The notes under the pieces: generated by a model
The model's database searches: none
Told to the model about the DNA's origin: nothing
The model's input: the letters and a program-made list of their open reading frames with translations, nothing else
Origin: Obrimoposthia wandeli
Taxonomy: Eukaryota
Length of the DNA stretch: 64,000 nt
NCBI GenBank assembly: GCA_977020255.1
Contig: CDROCS010002783.1
Span: 1 to 64,000, forward strand
Direction: 5' to 3'
Position numbers and translations under genes: made by a program
Shown here: in pieces, positions 47,640-60,180 of the stretch
Numbering within the stretch: position 1 is the stretch's first letter
How the letters are laid out: every line of letters starts with the position of its first letter

Positions 47640-50600
47640 GGTTGTTATTGTTGGTTGATCTCCTGAGCGTGGAGTTGTCGATTGGATCGGGGTTGTCGAC
47701 AGGATTGGTGGGATCTCATCATGAATTTTACAAGGAGTGGCTTTTACTGATGTTAGCAGTATCGAGGGCGTCAATTATGCGGTTGACTGCAACGCCGGCA
47801 CAACCTCTCTGTTGATTGTTTCACCGTCATGTTCCACGATTACTGGCGGATTATTTCTCGGAAGTGAGGCTATGTGCTGACTGACGCGCACTTCATGAAA
47901 TGGAGGCAGAGTGGACCTCACTATTTATGTGGAGAAGGGAATGAACTGAGGGAGGTATTTCCGGTTTCTAATGATGACTTGATGCAATACTTGTCATGAT
48001 CTAACACCTCCGTCACCATGCCTGTTCTATCCCACCTTTTGGGATGGTTTCCTGGGCCATTCTAAACAAAGCACTTGTCACCAACATAAAGGGGCAGTAG
48101 TGGACGGGTGCTAGCATCAAGGGTCTCTTTTGATCGAGTATAACGTGCACGTAGAGATGATTCTTTCAGAGACCAGGCCTCTCGCCAAGTCATTTTAATA
48201 TGTGGGTTGGATAACTTTTCCAGTCGATTCACAAAGGACATTGAATCTCGCAGGGGCTTTCCAAATACGATCTGAGAGGGTGATATTTCGCAGTCTGGAT
48301 CATAGATGTTCCGCTGTTGCAAGAGCGTCCGGAGGAATCGGTTGTTGTTGAGGTTACAAGTGGGACCCGTGTTAGATCTGCGGAGTCGTTTTGTGGCTTT
48401 TACGGCAACTTCAGCTCTACTGTTGGACTGTGGATGATAAACGGAGGATACGCAGTGGATGAAAACCCATCAGAGGAAAATATTCTGAGTTTAGCTACTT
48501 GTAAATTCTGGTCTGCCATCACTGGAGAGTTCTGCTGGAACCCCGAAGGTTGCAAAAACTGATCGAAGACATCCGGGAGGGAAACAGAACACCTCGGTCC
48601 AACAGGATAGTCTATCACCAATGACTAGATAGTGGTACCCAGCAAAATCAAAGTAGTCGGCATAGATAGACTCGAATGGTGTTGAGGGGGTGACGTGGGA
48701 ATGGCTGGGAGAGATGGCTGTGATGGGGCGTTGAGATTGCAGTCAGTGCAGGCTGCCCGATCAGCGTGTATATCTGCTGTAATTCCTGGCCAAAACCCAA
48801 TGGTGCGAGTGCGAAGCTCCATTGACGACGTGCCCTGATGGGCAGCATGGATGTTGTCTAGAACGGTGCGGTGCAGTGATGGTGATATTACGACTCGATC
48901 CATATACATGACGGCGCCATCGGATAAGTATAGGGCCTCGCGAAACTGCCAGAATGGTGCAGCGTTAGAAAAGTTAGGAAGGTTTCCGAGTCGTGGTTAC
49001 AACGCACACCGGCTGCTAGAAGAGCTGGCCTCCCATAGCGATCCGGCATATTTGAGATGGTGGCGGGACTATATGCTGATCACCATCATGTCAGCTGATG
49101 TCTACAACAATCTTCCGCTTCCACAGATCAGCGCAGATACAGTAGAGGAATATTTTCGCATGCATTAGACAAACAATCCATACGTGACACAAGTATCACC
49201 AGTTAGTAACCACATCAGCTGACACTGCATGAAGCCTATAAGCATAGTCTTCTATTGGGAATCTTCACAGTGCAGAAAGATGATGGGGATAGCGTTGATC
49301 TCGACGCACGAGTGCATACTCTCGCGAAGGTTGGATATGCACCGTACGCATCAATCAAAGCCTCAAGACAGCCAAAGAGATTTATACATGATACAACTGA
49401 AGCCACACACATCAACGCATGTGTTCCAGCCCTCTTATCCAGAGGCATCATAGAGAAGACAAGCAAAGGACCTTTCTGCTCACAAATAAGGCTTGTACTC
49501 AAAGCAAATTCACAATTATGACGTTTCCAAAATTGTTCATGAAAATCCCAAATATGGGTGAAAAGTTAAAGACCATTCCAAAAGGTTTGGCTGCAGCAAA
49601 CATTGATTTGACTGGCACATTTTACCAAATGCCCTTGGACAAAATGTCAAGAAATTTGACAAATGTTTGGCACCAGAACCAATACTCTCGATTCACGAGA
49701 CTGCCGATGCGTCTGAGGCAAAGTCCCGCCATTTTACAGTGGACATTGACGACAATAATGAAAGTTTTCAAAGGATCTGGCAAATACCATTAATTCATGT
49801 CCATATCGATGATATTTTGATTATAGCGCCTATGAAAAGTCCTATGTAGTAACATCTTTAAAAATGTTTAGACAAATGGAACCTACAAGTAAATCTGGAA
49901 AAGTCGCAATTGTCTCCTGCGCACCAAGTAGTATACTGTGGTATAAACCTTGATTTGACGACACAGCAAGTGAGCTTGTCAAAGGAAAAGTGGAGCATGT
50001 ATAAACAGCTAATACTCGAGAAAGACTATTCGCCACAGGCAATAGGATACGCGAAATACGTGGCAAACGTTTTAAGATGACCTTCTGTCGGTAAATTATT
50101 TACATGCCGATTTGCAGGAGAACATTTTTGATCTTTTCAAAAGACAAGCAGCTACTTGGAAGTGGAATGAGACTCCACATTCAAAATTATGGGCCACAGA
50201 TGCTACCCCCCACATCTATCGCTATAATGCAGTTGAAACCAGTTCAAACTGTACATGCAGCACTAAAAATCCCCGAGCAGAATATTTATATTCAGGAAGC
50301 TAAGGCTCTCCTCTGGGCCTGTTGGATGGGGAAAACGGGAAGCACAATTCTCTGCGACAATCAAGTTTTGGTATGGACAACCAAGACCAAGAGGATTCCC
50401 AGCGATATGCAGGAGTGGTGGATTATCGTGTCAGTTCAAATGTTAGTCACAACTAAGCGAATAAAGGTACAGTTTATTCCAACGGAGCAAAACCCGGCAG
50501 ACAAGCCATCGTGTGACATGCTTCGCACACAGGAGCAGGAAACAAGCTGGATTACAGCATTCCAGTAGATGACCTATAATTCTATTACATAACCAGTGTG

Positions 50601-52283
50601 TGTTTGCGTGTGTTTCCTGCTGAGGAAGATTTTTATACCTAAAATTTCTTTGCCTAAACTTTTTTTGCCTTAAAGTTTTCTCAGGTTTACATCTTTTGTG
50701 TTTTTGTTAAGCCTACCGGTCACATCACTCTCTGCCAGCCACTTACAATTCCAGGCGTGATGTTATTGGTGGCGTTTTTATATATAAAAGCTAGCTAAAT
50801 ACATAGAAATTGCCAGTCTCTCTCATTCTAGTTTATAATTATAAATTATAATTGCCTATGGCGAATAGTCTTTTTCAGAGACAAACTGGGAGCCGGTCAG
50901 GATAATGTGCCATCCGTCCTGGCAACAGTCCAGTACTTGAAGGTGATATGGGCATTGCTTTAGAATAAGGAAATATCCAATTCCCTGTGTCGACCAGTCA
51001 GGTCTGAGACAAGTGCTTTTCGACGCGTCGAAGATTCGTACGCCCTATTTGATGGCTTTGATGATGGCGTACTTCGAAAAATTGAATGCTTCGTCGAGTT
51101 ATTGAAACCAGGAGAATTTGTTTTTCGGACTAAGGTGTGGTCTTAAAGAGTGCATAATTTCTTCAGTTCACCAGGCCAAACCAGCTACGAATGCGCCACT
51201 GATTGTGGAGATCCTCATCATAGTGAATTGTATCATCCACGCACCTCTCTTTCCGTTTGAAGTCAGATAATATTGTGTCGAAACGACGGTTGTAGCCATC
51301 GCCGGATGACACGAAACCTTGAGGGTCACGACAGTACTGCCATCTACCGAATGGGGTGATGAATGTCGTTAAATGTCGATCAGATTTACGGAGCGGGGCT
51401 GAATGGTAACCGTTCCAGGCATCAGTGACTGTTTTCCAAGTGTCACCGGGTATACCGGGAAGGGAGATTCAGTGGCAAATGAATCTTGTGCGCAGTGTCG
51501 GTTAAGGGGTGAGAGAACAAGGGTTCTCCGAGGGGTACCATCGTGTTTCCGCGTAACTATCATCCTATGGCACCAGGTTGAAGGCTCACCATAAGGAACT
51601 AGTTCGATGACTACAAGGGCTTCGTCACGGAGTAAGTCTTGATGTACCTTTTCTTGTCAGTGCACTGGAATCGATGCCACGGTGTGACAGATGCGAGGGG
51701 TGGCAGATTCATTTAAATGTATTTCGACCGGAGGGCCATCCATTGTTGGTAATGGCCGATCTGGGCAGATGTTGAAAGTGGATGACGAGTATCGGTCTAC
51801 TAACCAGTTGCGCATCTTCTCATTATTTTCGGACCGACATGAAAATTGGAGTGATGAAGGGTGTTCTGTCAGTGCCTGATGCTGAGGGTAACCGCAGTCC
51901 TCCCACTGGTGACTCCTGAGCCACATCCGTCGTTCATTGCTCTGATTGCAGCGTTAGCAATATATGTTTTTGCACAGACGTTTTTTGTTGTTTGTGCTTC
52001 CTATAGTTAGAAAGTCGTCTAGCAAGATGCCGAGGGCTAGCAGTGATTCATGTGATAAGAACAGGTGGTGGATTTGACTGCTCACGTAGATCATGGCGCG
52101 GTCTTCGAGTACACCAAAGAAAGCTCCGTCTATATGTATTTTCGAATTATTGGCAGCTTGTAGACGGAGGGAGACTGGGCGGAGGTCATTGCGAGAAAAT
52201 CCGTTTGCTAAGTATTGATCAAGTGAACAATCATCTGATTGTGTTCCACTGTCGGTTACAGCTTCAACATCGGAAAATATCAA
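47640..52283 (-). mobile_element. Ty3/Gypsy pol remnant (protease-RT-RNase H / integrase), interrupted by a foreign RT element
   Basis: Protease VTDSGTQS (~52260); RT WCHRMIVTRKHDG, DAWNGYH, PQGFVSSGDGYN, CVDD; RNase H TDWS; integrase HAAHQG, WPGITADI, CTDC, SPSQIVFGKPLRD. Confidence 0.9.
49000..50568 (+). mobile_element. Decayed RT-RNase H element, hepadna/nackedna/HEART-like (DIRS-like not excluded)
   Basis: LLSRGIIEK; IDLTGTFYQMPL; LPMRLRQSP; HIDD; VNLEKS; CGINLD. RNase H: WATDATP, IYIQE, ILCDN, FIPTEQNPADKPS. Confidence 0.8.
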
Positions 52284-53049
52284 TAATTTGATGTTTTTGA
52301 AAATATTACTTATTCACAAATTTTCGCTCCTTGGCTACTTTTACTTGTTGAAACTAAAAACCACTTTCTTAATTTGTCAATTTGATTGCTTATGGGAAAA
52401 ATTGAAAATTTTGTGTAAAAGTTGGGTTTTTTCCTCAAAGACTGACTTTATCCACTACTTCAATTTTGTAATTATTAAATTATTAATATTAAATCTAACA
52501 CTTATAGTAGAAATTTCAGTCCAACTGTATCATCTGAACCCAATCAAAAAAACATTTGATTTTAAAAATTGAGAATGGAAAATTTTCAAATGAATAATTA
52601 ATACTTTAGTGAAACTTGTAATTTCAGACTATTGCAACTTTAATTTCACATAAAAATAAAATAAATAATATACACCACCAAATTTTAATTGTAGTTTTTG
52701 TGGAAATTTTTTTAAAACAGTAGCATCAAAAATTTCACTTGAAAAAAATTTAAACGGTAATATTATCAATTTTCATATCCAACAATATGAATTATTTAAA
52801 TCAACTTAATAATGAAAAAATTGATCTGTCAATCAACAATTTTAAAATAGTCAAAAAATATAATTTAAATTCAAAAAGAGAATATGAATGAATATTTAAA
52901 TAATTACATTTATGTTTTTAAAGCCAAATTTAAATAGTTATAATAGACAAGTTAATTTATTAAAATCTTTTATATATTGAATTAAATTAAATGTCAGATT
53001 TTTCTATCCTAGTGATTCTGAATTTTATGCAATGAAATTATCTTCTGAA

Positions 53050-55038
53050 ATCAGTATTATATGGAGAAATACTGGAGAAAAAGCGAGAATCTATTATATT
53101 TAAAGGACTGTTTAAGATGTGAGTCATTAAGGTTGATAGAAAACTTGGGTTTTCTGGGACGGTCTATGAGGTAGATAATGAAAAACTGTAGCGAAGGTAT
53201 ACAGGACAAGAGAAGAGGTATAACCTCATTTTGAAGGAAATAGAAAGTATCAAAGCTGTACGGCATGAAGAGGTCTGAGATCAAGAACGGTTTTCAGAAT
53301 TCCAGGAGACTGTTATAGTGAAATTGACAGCGACGAGGAAAGAAGTCGAGTTGGAAACCGTATGTTATTTTACAAAGTTTTAAAACTAATTCCGCAAACA
53401 GCCATTATCAGTTGGGGAGGAAACATCCACACCAATAAGGAGCCAGAAAATATGGGAGTATTAGCCACTTGGACGCGAGAGGAACTTAAAGGGAAGCGGT
53501 AAACTGATAGACAAAAAGGAGAGAGACAAGAGGGTATATCATATCCAAGGACTGTTAACCCCAAATTTATCAAGGCAAAGAAAATGTCTAAAATGTGAGT
53601 AAAATTACGAACTCAGTCAATGTTCAGCCTTTGAGCAATTATCGTTAGAAGATCGGTGACAGTAGGTTATGAAGAATGTTGAAATATGTACCAGAAGCAA
53701 AATGGTTACTGATAGAGTTAAATTTCAAAGAACATTAAAATAACAAATTTTTAAATAACTATCCTTAAAAAATATAAAGCAAATAAATAACAATTGCTTA
53801 AGTTATGCATAAAGTTTATACCAAAATAGTTATTAAAATGTTATATTGAGAATAATAGTTTTAAAATATTAATTAATTTTATTTAAAATTCACCTTTTTA
53901 CGATAACATTTTTAGTGATTTCATGACTACGTTAAGTTTGGATGCAACAGCATAATCAGTGGTTCAAAACGTTTGTTGCAAATAGAGTGGCAAATATCCA
54001 AAAAATCACGATATACAAACATAGGTAGTGCAGTTGGAGATGGTGTTTGACTTGACAACAGACGGATTTTTGCGAGCCTTAAAATGGTTTATGGGAAGAC
54101 TGGGTAAACCACAATCAATCATCTTCGATGGCGGCACCAAATTTAAGGGAGCAACGAATGTCGTACAGAAACTCAGAGTGGATGACTAAAGGATGTGAGA
54201 AGTGTTACAAAAAGAAGAGATTCGTTGGGTATTTACGCCACCTGATGCACCTCATTTTGATGGAGTGTTTGAGAGCTTGATCAAGAGCGCCAAGAAGGCG
54301 ATAGGAATCGTACTGTTGAACGCAGCTTTTAAAGATGCGGAGTTAATGACGGTGTTCGTGGAAGCAGAGGGACTGTTGATTTCACTAGCAATAGCGTTCC
54401 AATCTGCAAATAGCATGGAAGAATTACCGAGAGGAACATCTGGAAAAAGAGACCGCATTAACCGAATGAGGAAAGCTTCTACATCGATGGTGTATAATTC
54501 AGGAGGTGGTAAATCATATGTGGAAGAGATGGATTTGCGAAATGGTACCTACTTGGGTTAGAACAGCTAAATGAAGAAGTACTGAAAAAGCGTTGCGGGA
54601 AGGACAACTGGTATGGATATTAGAAAAATTACCAAGGAGTATGGCTACTAGAAAGGATCAAAGAGGTAAGGAGAGACTGGAAGTGAGAAGCTATGTAGTA
54701 GTTGTAGAGTTATGAGGAGGGGAAGCATGAGTAAAGGAGAGGAGGCTCAAAGTTGGGCAGTAGGTCATCTCCCGAATGACTATAGGTTGATAAACCAGGA
54801 GATCTGGTTTGATCAAGGGCAGGGGAATGTTCTAACGCGAGGTCGGATATTTTGAAAAAAGTAAATGTGTTTATAATAATTAATAAGAGTTTTTTTGTAT
54901 AGTTTTAGGAAATGTTTGTTTAAAAGAGTGTTTTGTTGACATTGACTAAAGAGATTTGAATGTGTAAAAGTGTAAAGAAGTTGAATAAATTGATGAATCC
55001 AGCGATCCTTTTATTTTTGATGGAAACACAAAACAACA
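53050..55038 (+). mobile_element. BEL/Pao LTR retrotransposon 3' remnant
   Basis: FKTFVANRV; LEMVFDLTTDGFLRAL; DGGTKFKGA; RWVFTPPDAPHFDGVFESLIKSAK. Confidence 0.85.
54828..55038 (+). repeat. Putative 3' LTR of the BEL/Pao element
   Basis: Purine tract aagggcaggggaa immediately upstream; TGTT...AACA termini; AATAAA inside. Confidence 0.65.
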
Positions 55039-56270
55039 TCTGAATTTGTGAGTATCATTCCACTAATTGGGGATTATTACAATGTCTGAATACCATGTAT
55101 GATCTTTGTCATAAACCTGGACATTTACATTATTTTCGTTTGCTAAAATATTTATGATGTAATTCATTTATAAGTTGCATTTGTTCAGAAGTTGGTTCTT
55201 GTTTAAATTTTTTAATTGCATTAGTTTTAGCATGTCGAACATTTGATTCTAACAGCTTTGCTGTGTTTAGTAAACCCGCTTCAACCATATTTTTCCCTTT
55301 CATAACTAATTTAATTAAAATGGAAGTTGAGTTTTCAATATTATTTAAGTCATGTATAATTTTTACGTCAGCTAATTGACTATCTCATATAACATTGGAG
55401 TAGTTAAAAATATTTATTAATTAGTTCTTCTCCTGATTTGGAATTTTGAGTTTCATCAAGTCTTATATCTAAAAATGTTCCAGAACCACAATCTGAATAT
55501 TTTGGTAATGTTTTTCACCCGGATATTTTGCCCAAGGAAAATTACGAAAAAATTTACACGACAATTGTTGAAGATCTCCACCAGTTCGAGTTGAAGACTC
55601 GAAAGAGGTTCTACAGTTTTAAAAATATTCTAAAATATTTGAACATTTAATAGTTTTATTATGATCCTATTTATGATGAGAAATTTCAAATTTCATATCT
55701 TCAATATTTTTTAATAACTTTTGTTTATAAAAGGCTCTTTTTTATAAATAAAAATAATAAATTATGCACTAATGAAAGTTACGCATCTCCTCTAACATTT
55801 TCAATAATACCTATTCTAGAATTCAATATTATCTCATTGCTAGTTTGTTATCGTTATTTGAAACATTTATGCAAAATATTGAAATTTTAATAGTGAGTTT
55901 TAAATCCTTACAAATGCTTACATATTCTTGATAAGGAAATAGACTTTACTTTTCTTTTATATTCAATTACATTTTATCTCAGCACTAGTATTTAGAGTCC
56001 ATTCAGGAATATGAAGTTCAATTGTAGAAAACTGAAGTTTTGCCTCAGTTCCAGCAGCACCAAAATAAATTAGCTTATTGTCAACTTGTCTAATGCAAAT
56101 TAACTCTATAAAACAAAATGAATTACTTTATTATAATTTAAGAGAAATCCAAAAATATGTTATATTTCAACAATATGTTAAATTTATCTTATTCATTATA
56201 TAAAGATCGTTGGATTCTGACATGTTTCAACAATTTCAAGACATAATTTCATTATATGTTCATGTGTGTT

Positions 56271-56811
56271 TCAGCCTTTCATTTGAAATTCAAGTAATGG
56301 ACTGTGAATTTGATTTGCAAGATAAATTAATAGAGTTATAGAATGATAATGGTGCAAAAATGCGATATAAACTAAATGGTAAGGAAAGTTTAAGGTACAA
56401 TCAAAGCATATGCAATTCTTACCCAAATTTATGGAAGCATTTGAAGCTGATTTTGCTTGCCTTTCCAACTTCCTACACAGTAGAAACGGGCTTTAGTCAT
56501 GCGAGTACGTTGTTGACAAAAAGTAGAAACCGAGTGAACATTACTACACGAGTTGATTTACATTTAGAGATGACAAATCTAAAGCCTTTTTCTGCACTAG
56601 TATCCTCACGTCAACCACAGGGCTCTCATTAGCCACCCTTAACCTATTTTATTAAAGTACTTTTTATTTTCAATTTATTAGTAAATGTGCATTAGATAAT
56701 ATAACAGTTAGTGTTAGTGCAAATTTTTAAAATGTTTACTATATAGGTGAACGATTAAAAATAGGTTATCGCTGAAATGGACGTCACACATAAAATAGCT
56801 GAGAAACCCTG
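56271..56811 (+). mobile_element. hAT (Charlie/Buster-type) transposon right end
   Basis: YPNLW...LLAFPTSYTVETGFS...TKSRNRV...QPQGSH (hAT dimerisation domain). Terminal TGAGAAACCCTG at 56800-56811. Confidence 0.85.
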
Positions 56812-58049
56812 TTCTAGAATAATATTTTCATTTTCTCCGACATCTTCAAATTTAAATTTATAATAAAATTTTGCAGTTGAAATATCTAGAGGATTAGAAG
56901 TTTGAAAAGATTGAAAGACAATGTCTCCCGACTTATTATCATTAGAAATAGATCCTGATGTTGGTGAAATTCTCAGATCATACTTTTTCTTTCTGTCATG
57001 AGAAAATGTTATGTTGTGATCAAGATTTATTTTGATTTTATCAGATATTAATTTCCGAAATATAATACAGAATAGGAATCTAAGGTTTTAAAAATTATGT
57101 AATGTCCTTAGATAATCTTCAGATTAATATTTAGTGCATTTATTACAATTTATTAGAATCATAAATATATTAATAGTCTACTGGAACTGTTACTTCTGAT
57201 CAATATTTACAGTGTAGAATTAACAGCCAACCACATCAATATTATAAGAATATAAAATATGAAACTACCAGATTCAATGGATTTATCATCTCAAGCATAA
57301 ACAATACCTCAACAAAGTAATCCAACAAATTCCAAAGAAGAAATTAACCATGAATTAAATCTTGCAGATATAGAAGAAAAATATTTTAAAATTATTGCAT
57401 TTAAGTTTTTTAATAGATTAATTTTTGAGGATAATATTAATGATGGTTTTATTATTAGTTTGGATAATTAATCTTAAATTCTGTAAATTAAATAAGAAAA
57501 TTGAATATCATTCATTAATGCACTGTCCAAATAATCCTTTCAGCATAAAGCCTAATTAACTTTAAATTGTGACAAAATGACAATGGTGTCTCTTTGTTAC
57601 TAAAAATAACTATTGAAAAATTTATATTTCCTTATTGAAATTTGATTTGATTTTGATATAATTTATTTACTCTTTTTTACTGACAAAATTTTGTGAAATG
57701 AAAAAGAATCGCTTGATTTTTGCAACATAAAAACTTTGTAATATGAATAATTTAAAAATTTGAGTAGTTGATCAAGTTAGTCTTTGAGAAAAAGACCCCA
57801 ACTTTTTTCACAAAATTTTCCATTTTCTACATAAGCAATCAGATTGATTATTTAAGAGTGGATTTTAGTTTTGACTAGCAAAAGTAGTCAACAAAAGACT
57901 CTTTAGGATAGGCGTGCGGAAATTTTGTGATAAACTTGGGTGTTGTTCTCAGACTGACTTCATCGACTATTGGAAAAGTAGGTGGGTCATCATCAAATAA
58001 ATGTTAAAACACAAACAACGTATTGAAAGAATAATTTTGCCACAAGCAC

Positions 58050-58285
58050 GGTCTCATAGTTCAGCTGGACAACGCACCATTACATTCCGAAAATAAGTTC
58101 ATACAACTCTTATTGATTTCTTTGGGAAGAAATTGGTCGAACATTATCTGAAAGAGACCATCTACTCATAACTATGATCAACTAAAACAATTTTTATATA
58201 AGAATGGAATAAAATATATATTATTACTATCCAGCATTTAATCAATTTTGTACCAAGAAGATTAGCCGGATGTGTTTCTAAACTT
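58050..58285 (+). pseudogene. Tc1/mariner transposase C-terminal fragment
   Basis: QLDNAPLH; KEWNKI; FVPRRLAGCV...GHTR. Confidence 0.7.
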
Positions 58286-58759
58286 GATGGACACACTCGA
58301 TAATGATTTTTTTTATCAGTTTTACCTTTGAAATTTTATTTTAATCTGATAGCTTATGAACGAGGCATATCCCTTTTTGTTGCTGAGTGTGAATATGGAT
58401 ACAATTTAGTAATCGCTTGTGAATACATTTTGGTTTATCCCTATATTTAAATCTGCACATGGGAAGTTTGATTATTCATACAAACAAACAACAATGCATT
58501 TAGAAATAATTTCTAAGTCACAGGCTCTAATGATCCTACTTTATTCCCATGGATAAACAGGCGCTCTCTTCTGTGGAATTGGAAGATCTGGATATGTACC
58601 TTTTTAAGGTTCAATAAAACAGCATTTTCTCCTCGTCTTCTTCATCCTCTTATAGATTCGTGGTAAATAGTACTATCTGAAGTATGACTTAGCATGTACT
58701 CATTTAGTTCTCTGAAATAGTTATTACCTCACCTTTGTTTGGCTGATGCACTGCCATGA

Positions 58760-59110
58760 TATATATGTTGGGGTTTCTATACGAAACTTGGTATAGAGCC
58801 TCTTATGTGCGGAGGGCCCCAACGTGAGTTCGATTAGAAGCAGGTCTTAAAGTTGGTCGTGGCCTACTTAGTGTTATGGTTGCCTAATCTCTTGTACTAT
58901 CTGAAGGTATTTGATTTGATGTCTCTTAGTCTGAAGGGTGTAAAAACAACTTGTTCAATGTAGGAAATTGTTTATTCAAAATTCACGTAACTAACACCAC
59001 AATACGTTTATGTACGTATTTTCTAAAAAGTATGATAAAATTCCTAAAGGACTTCGGTGAGTCTCTACAAGAAGTGGGGATGAACCACGTATCGATTTTA
59101 CGTTCAGGTG
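58760..59110 (-). repeat. Module M copy, inverted relative to 14490-14790
   Basis: Reverse complement shares the AAAATCGATACGTGG, AAGTAGGCCA, GAACTCACGTTGGGG and GTTTC...GAAACCCCAAC blocks. Confidence 0.75.
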
Positions 59111-59280
59111 ATTAAGTTTCTTAGGTTTAGTCTTCTTACTCAGGTTGGTTAATCTATAACGCAACTCTCCTAAATTTCTTCGCTCCTACTTCTTATCTCT
59201 AGCTAAATGTTTCTTTGTTCCTTACTCTCTCTGTGTGTTTGACCCAAATTGTCTACTGTAGACAAGGGATCTCCTAAAAA

Positions 59281-59680
59281 CCTAATTGTCAAGATGACAA
59301 TAAAAACTTACTCCTAATTGTCAACTACGGACAATGAGCGAACCGAATTGTCAGCTAGTGGACAATGAGTCTTACCGAATTGTCTACTAGGGACAATGAA
59401 TATTTATCCGAATTACCAACTAGGGGCAATGAACGAACCTAATTGTCAGCTAGGGACAATGAATCTTACGGGAAAAAACGTCTGGTAGGTTTCCTAATTG
59501 TCGCTGGGGACAATGAATAAAGGTCCGATCCTAATTACCAACTAGGGGCAATGATTGTGCTAAAGAGACAATGATCCTAATTACCAGCTAGGGGTAATGA
59601 ATTTGTTTATTATTTTAAAACGTAGAATTACCAACTAGGGGTAATGAAAGTAACCTAATTGCCTACTAGGGGCAATGAAT
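59281..59680. repeat. Array of 12 imperfect palindromes, consensus CCTAATTRYC-N5-8-GRYAATGAA
   Basis: Units seen directly, spaced ~25-55 bp apart. Confidence 0.92.
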
Positions 59681-59777
59681 GAACCTAGTCGGTGGTCTTA
59701 CCAGTTACTCGCTGATTCCGTCGACTAGCGGGATGTCCGATGTAGATCCGTAGGTAGTTTGTGGAATCGGCTTCGAG

Positions 59778-60180
59778 TGACTTCGACTTTATCTTTCAAT
59801 TTGACTTCGACTCTAATTTTCAATTGACTTCGACTTTATCTTTCAATTTGACTTTGACTTTAATTTTCAATTGACTTCGACTTTAATTTCAATTTGACTT
59901 CGACTTTAATTTCAATTTGACTTCGACTTTAATTTCAATTTGACTTCGACTTTAATTTCAATTTGACTTCGACTTTAATTTCAATTTGACTTCGACTTTA
60001 ATTTCAATTTGACTTCGACTTTAATTTCAATTTGACTTCGACTTTAATTTCAATTTGACTTCGACTTTAATTTCAATTTGACTTCGACTTTAATTTCAAT
60101 TTGACTTCGACTTTAATTTCAATTTGACTTCGACTTTAATTTCAATTTGACTTCGACTTTAATTTCAATTTGACTTTCAA
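59778..60180. repeat. 23-bp minisatellite (GACTTCGACTTTAATTTCAATTT), ~17 units
   Basis: Period 23 (59942, 59965, 59988...). The first four units are 24-25-bp variants. Confidence 0.97.

Noticed and set aside
59281-59680. CRISPR array
   Set aside because: Spacers are only ~5-25 bp and irregular, the repeats are degenerate, there are no cas genes, and the context is eukaryotic.
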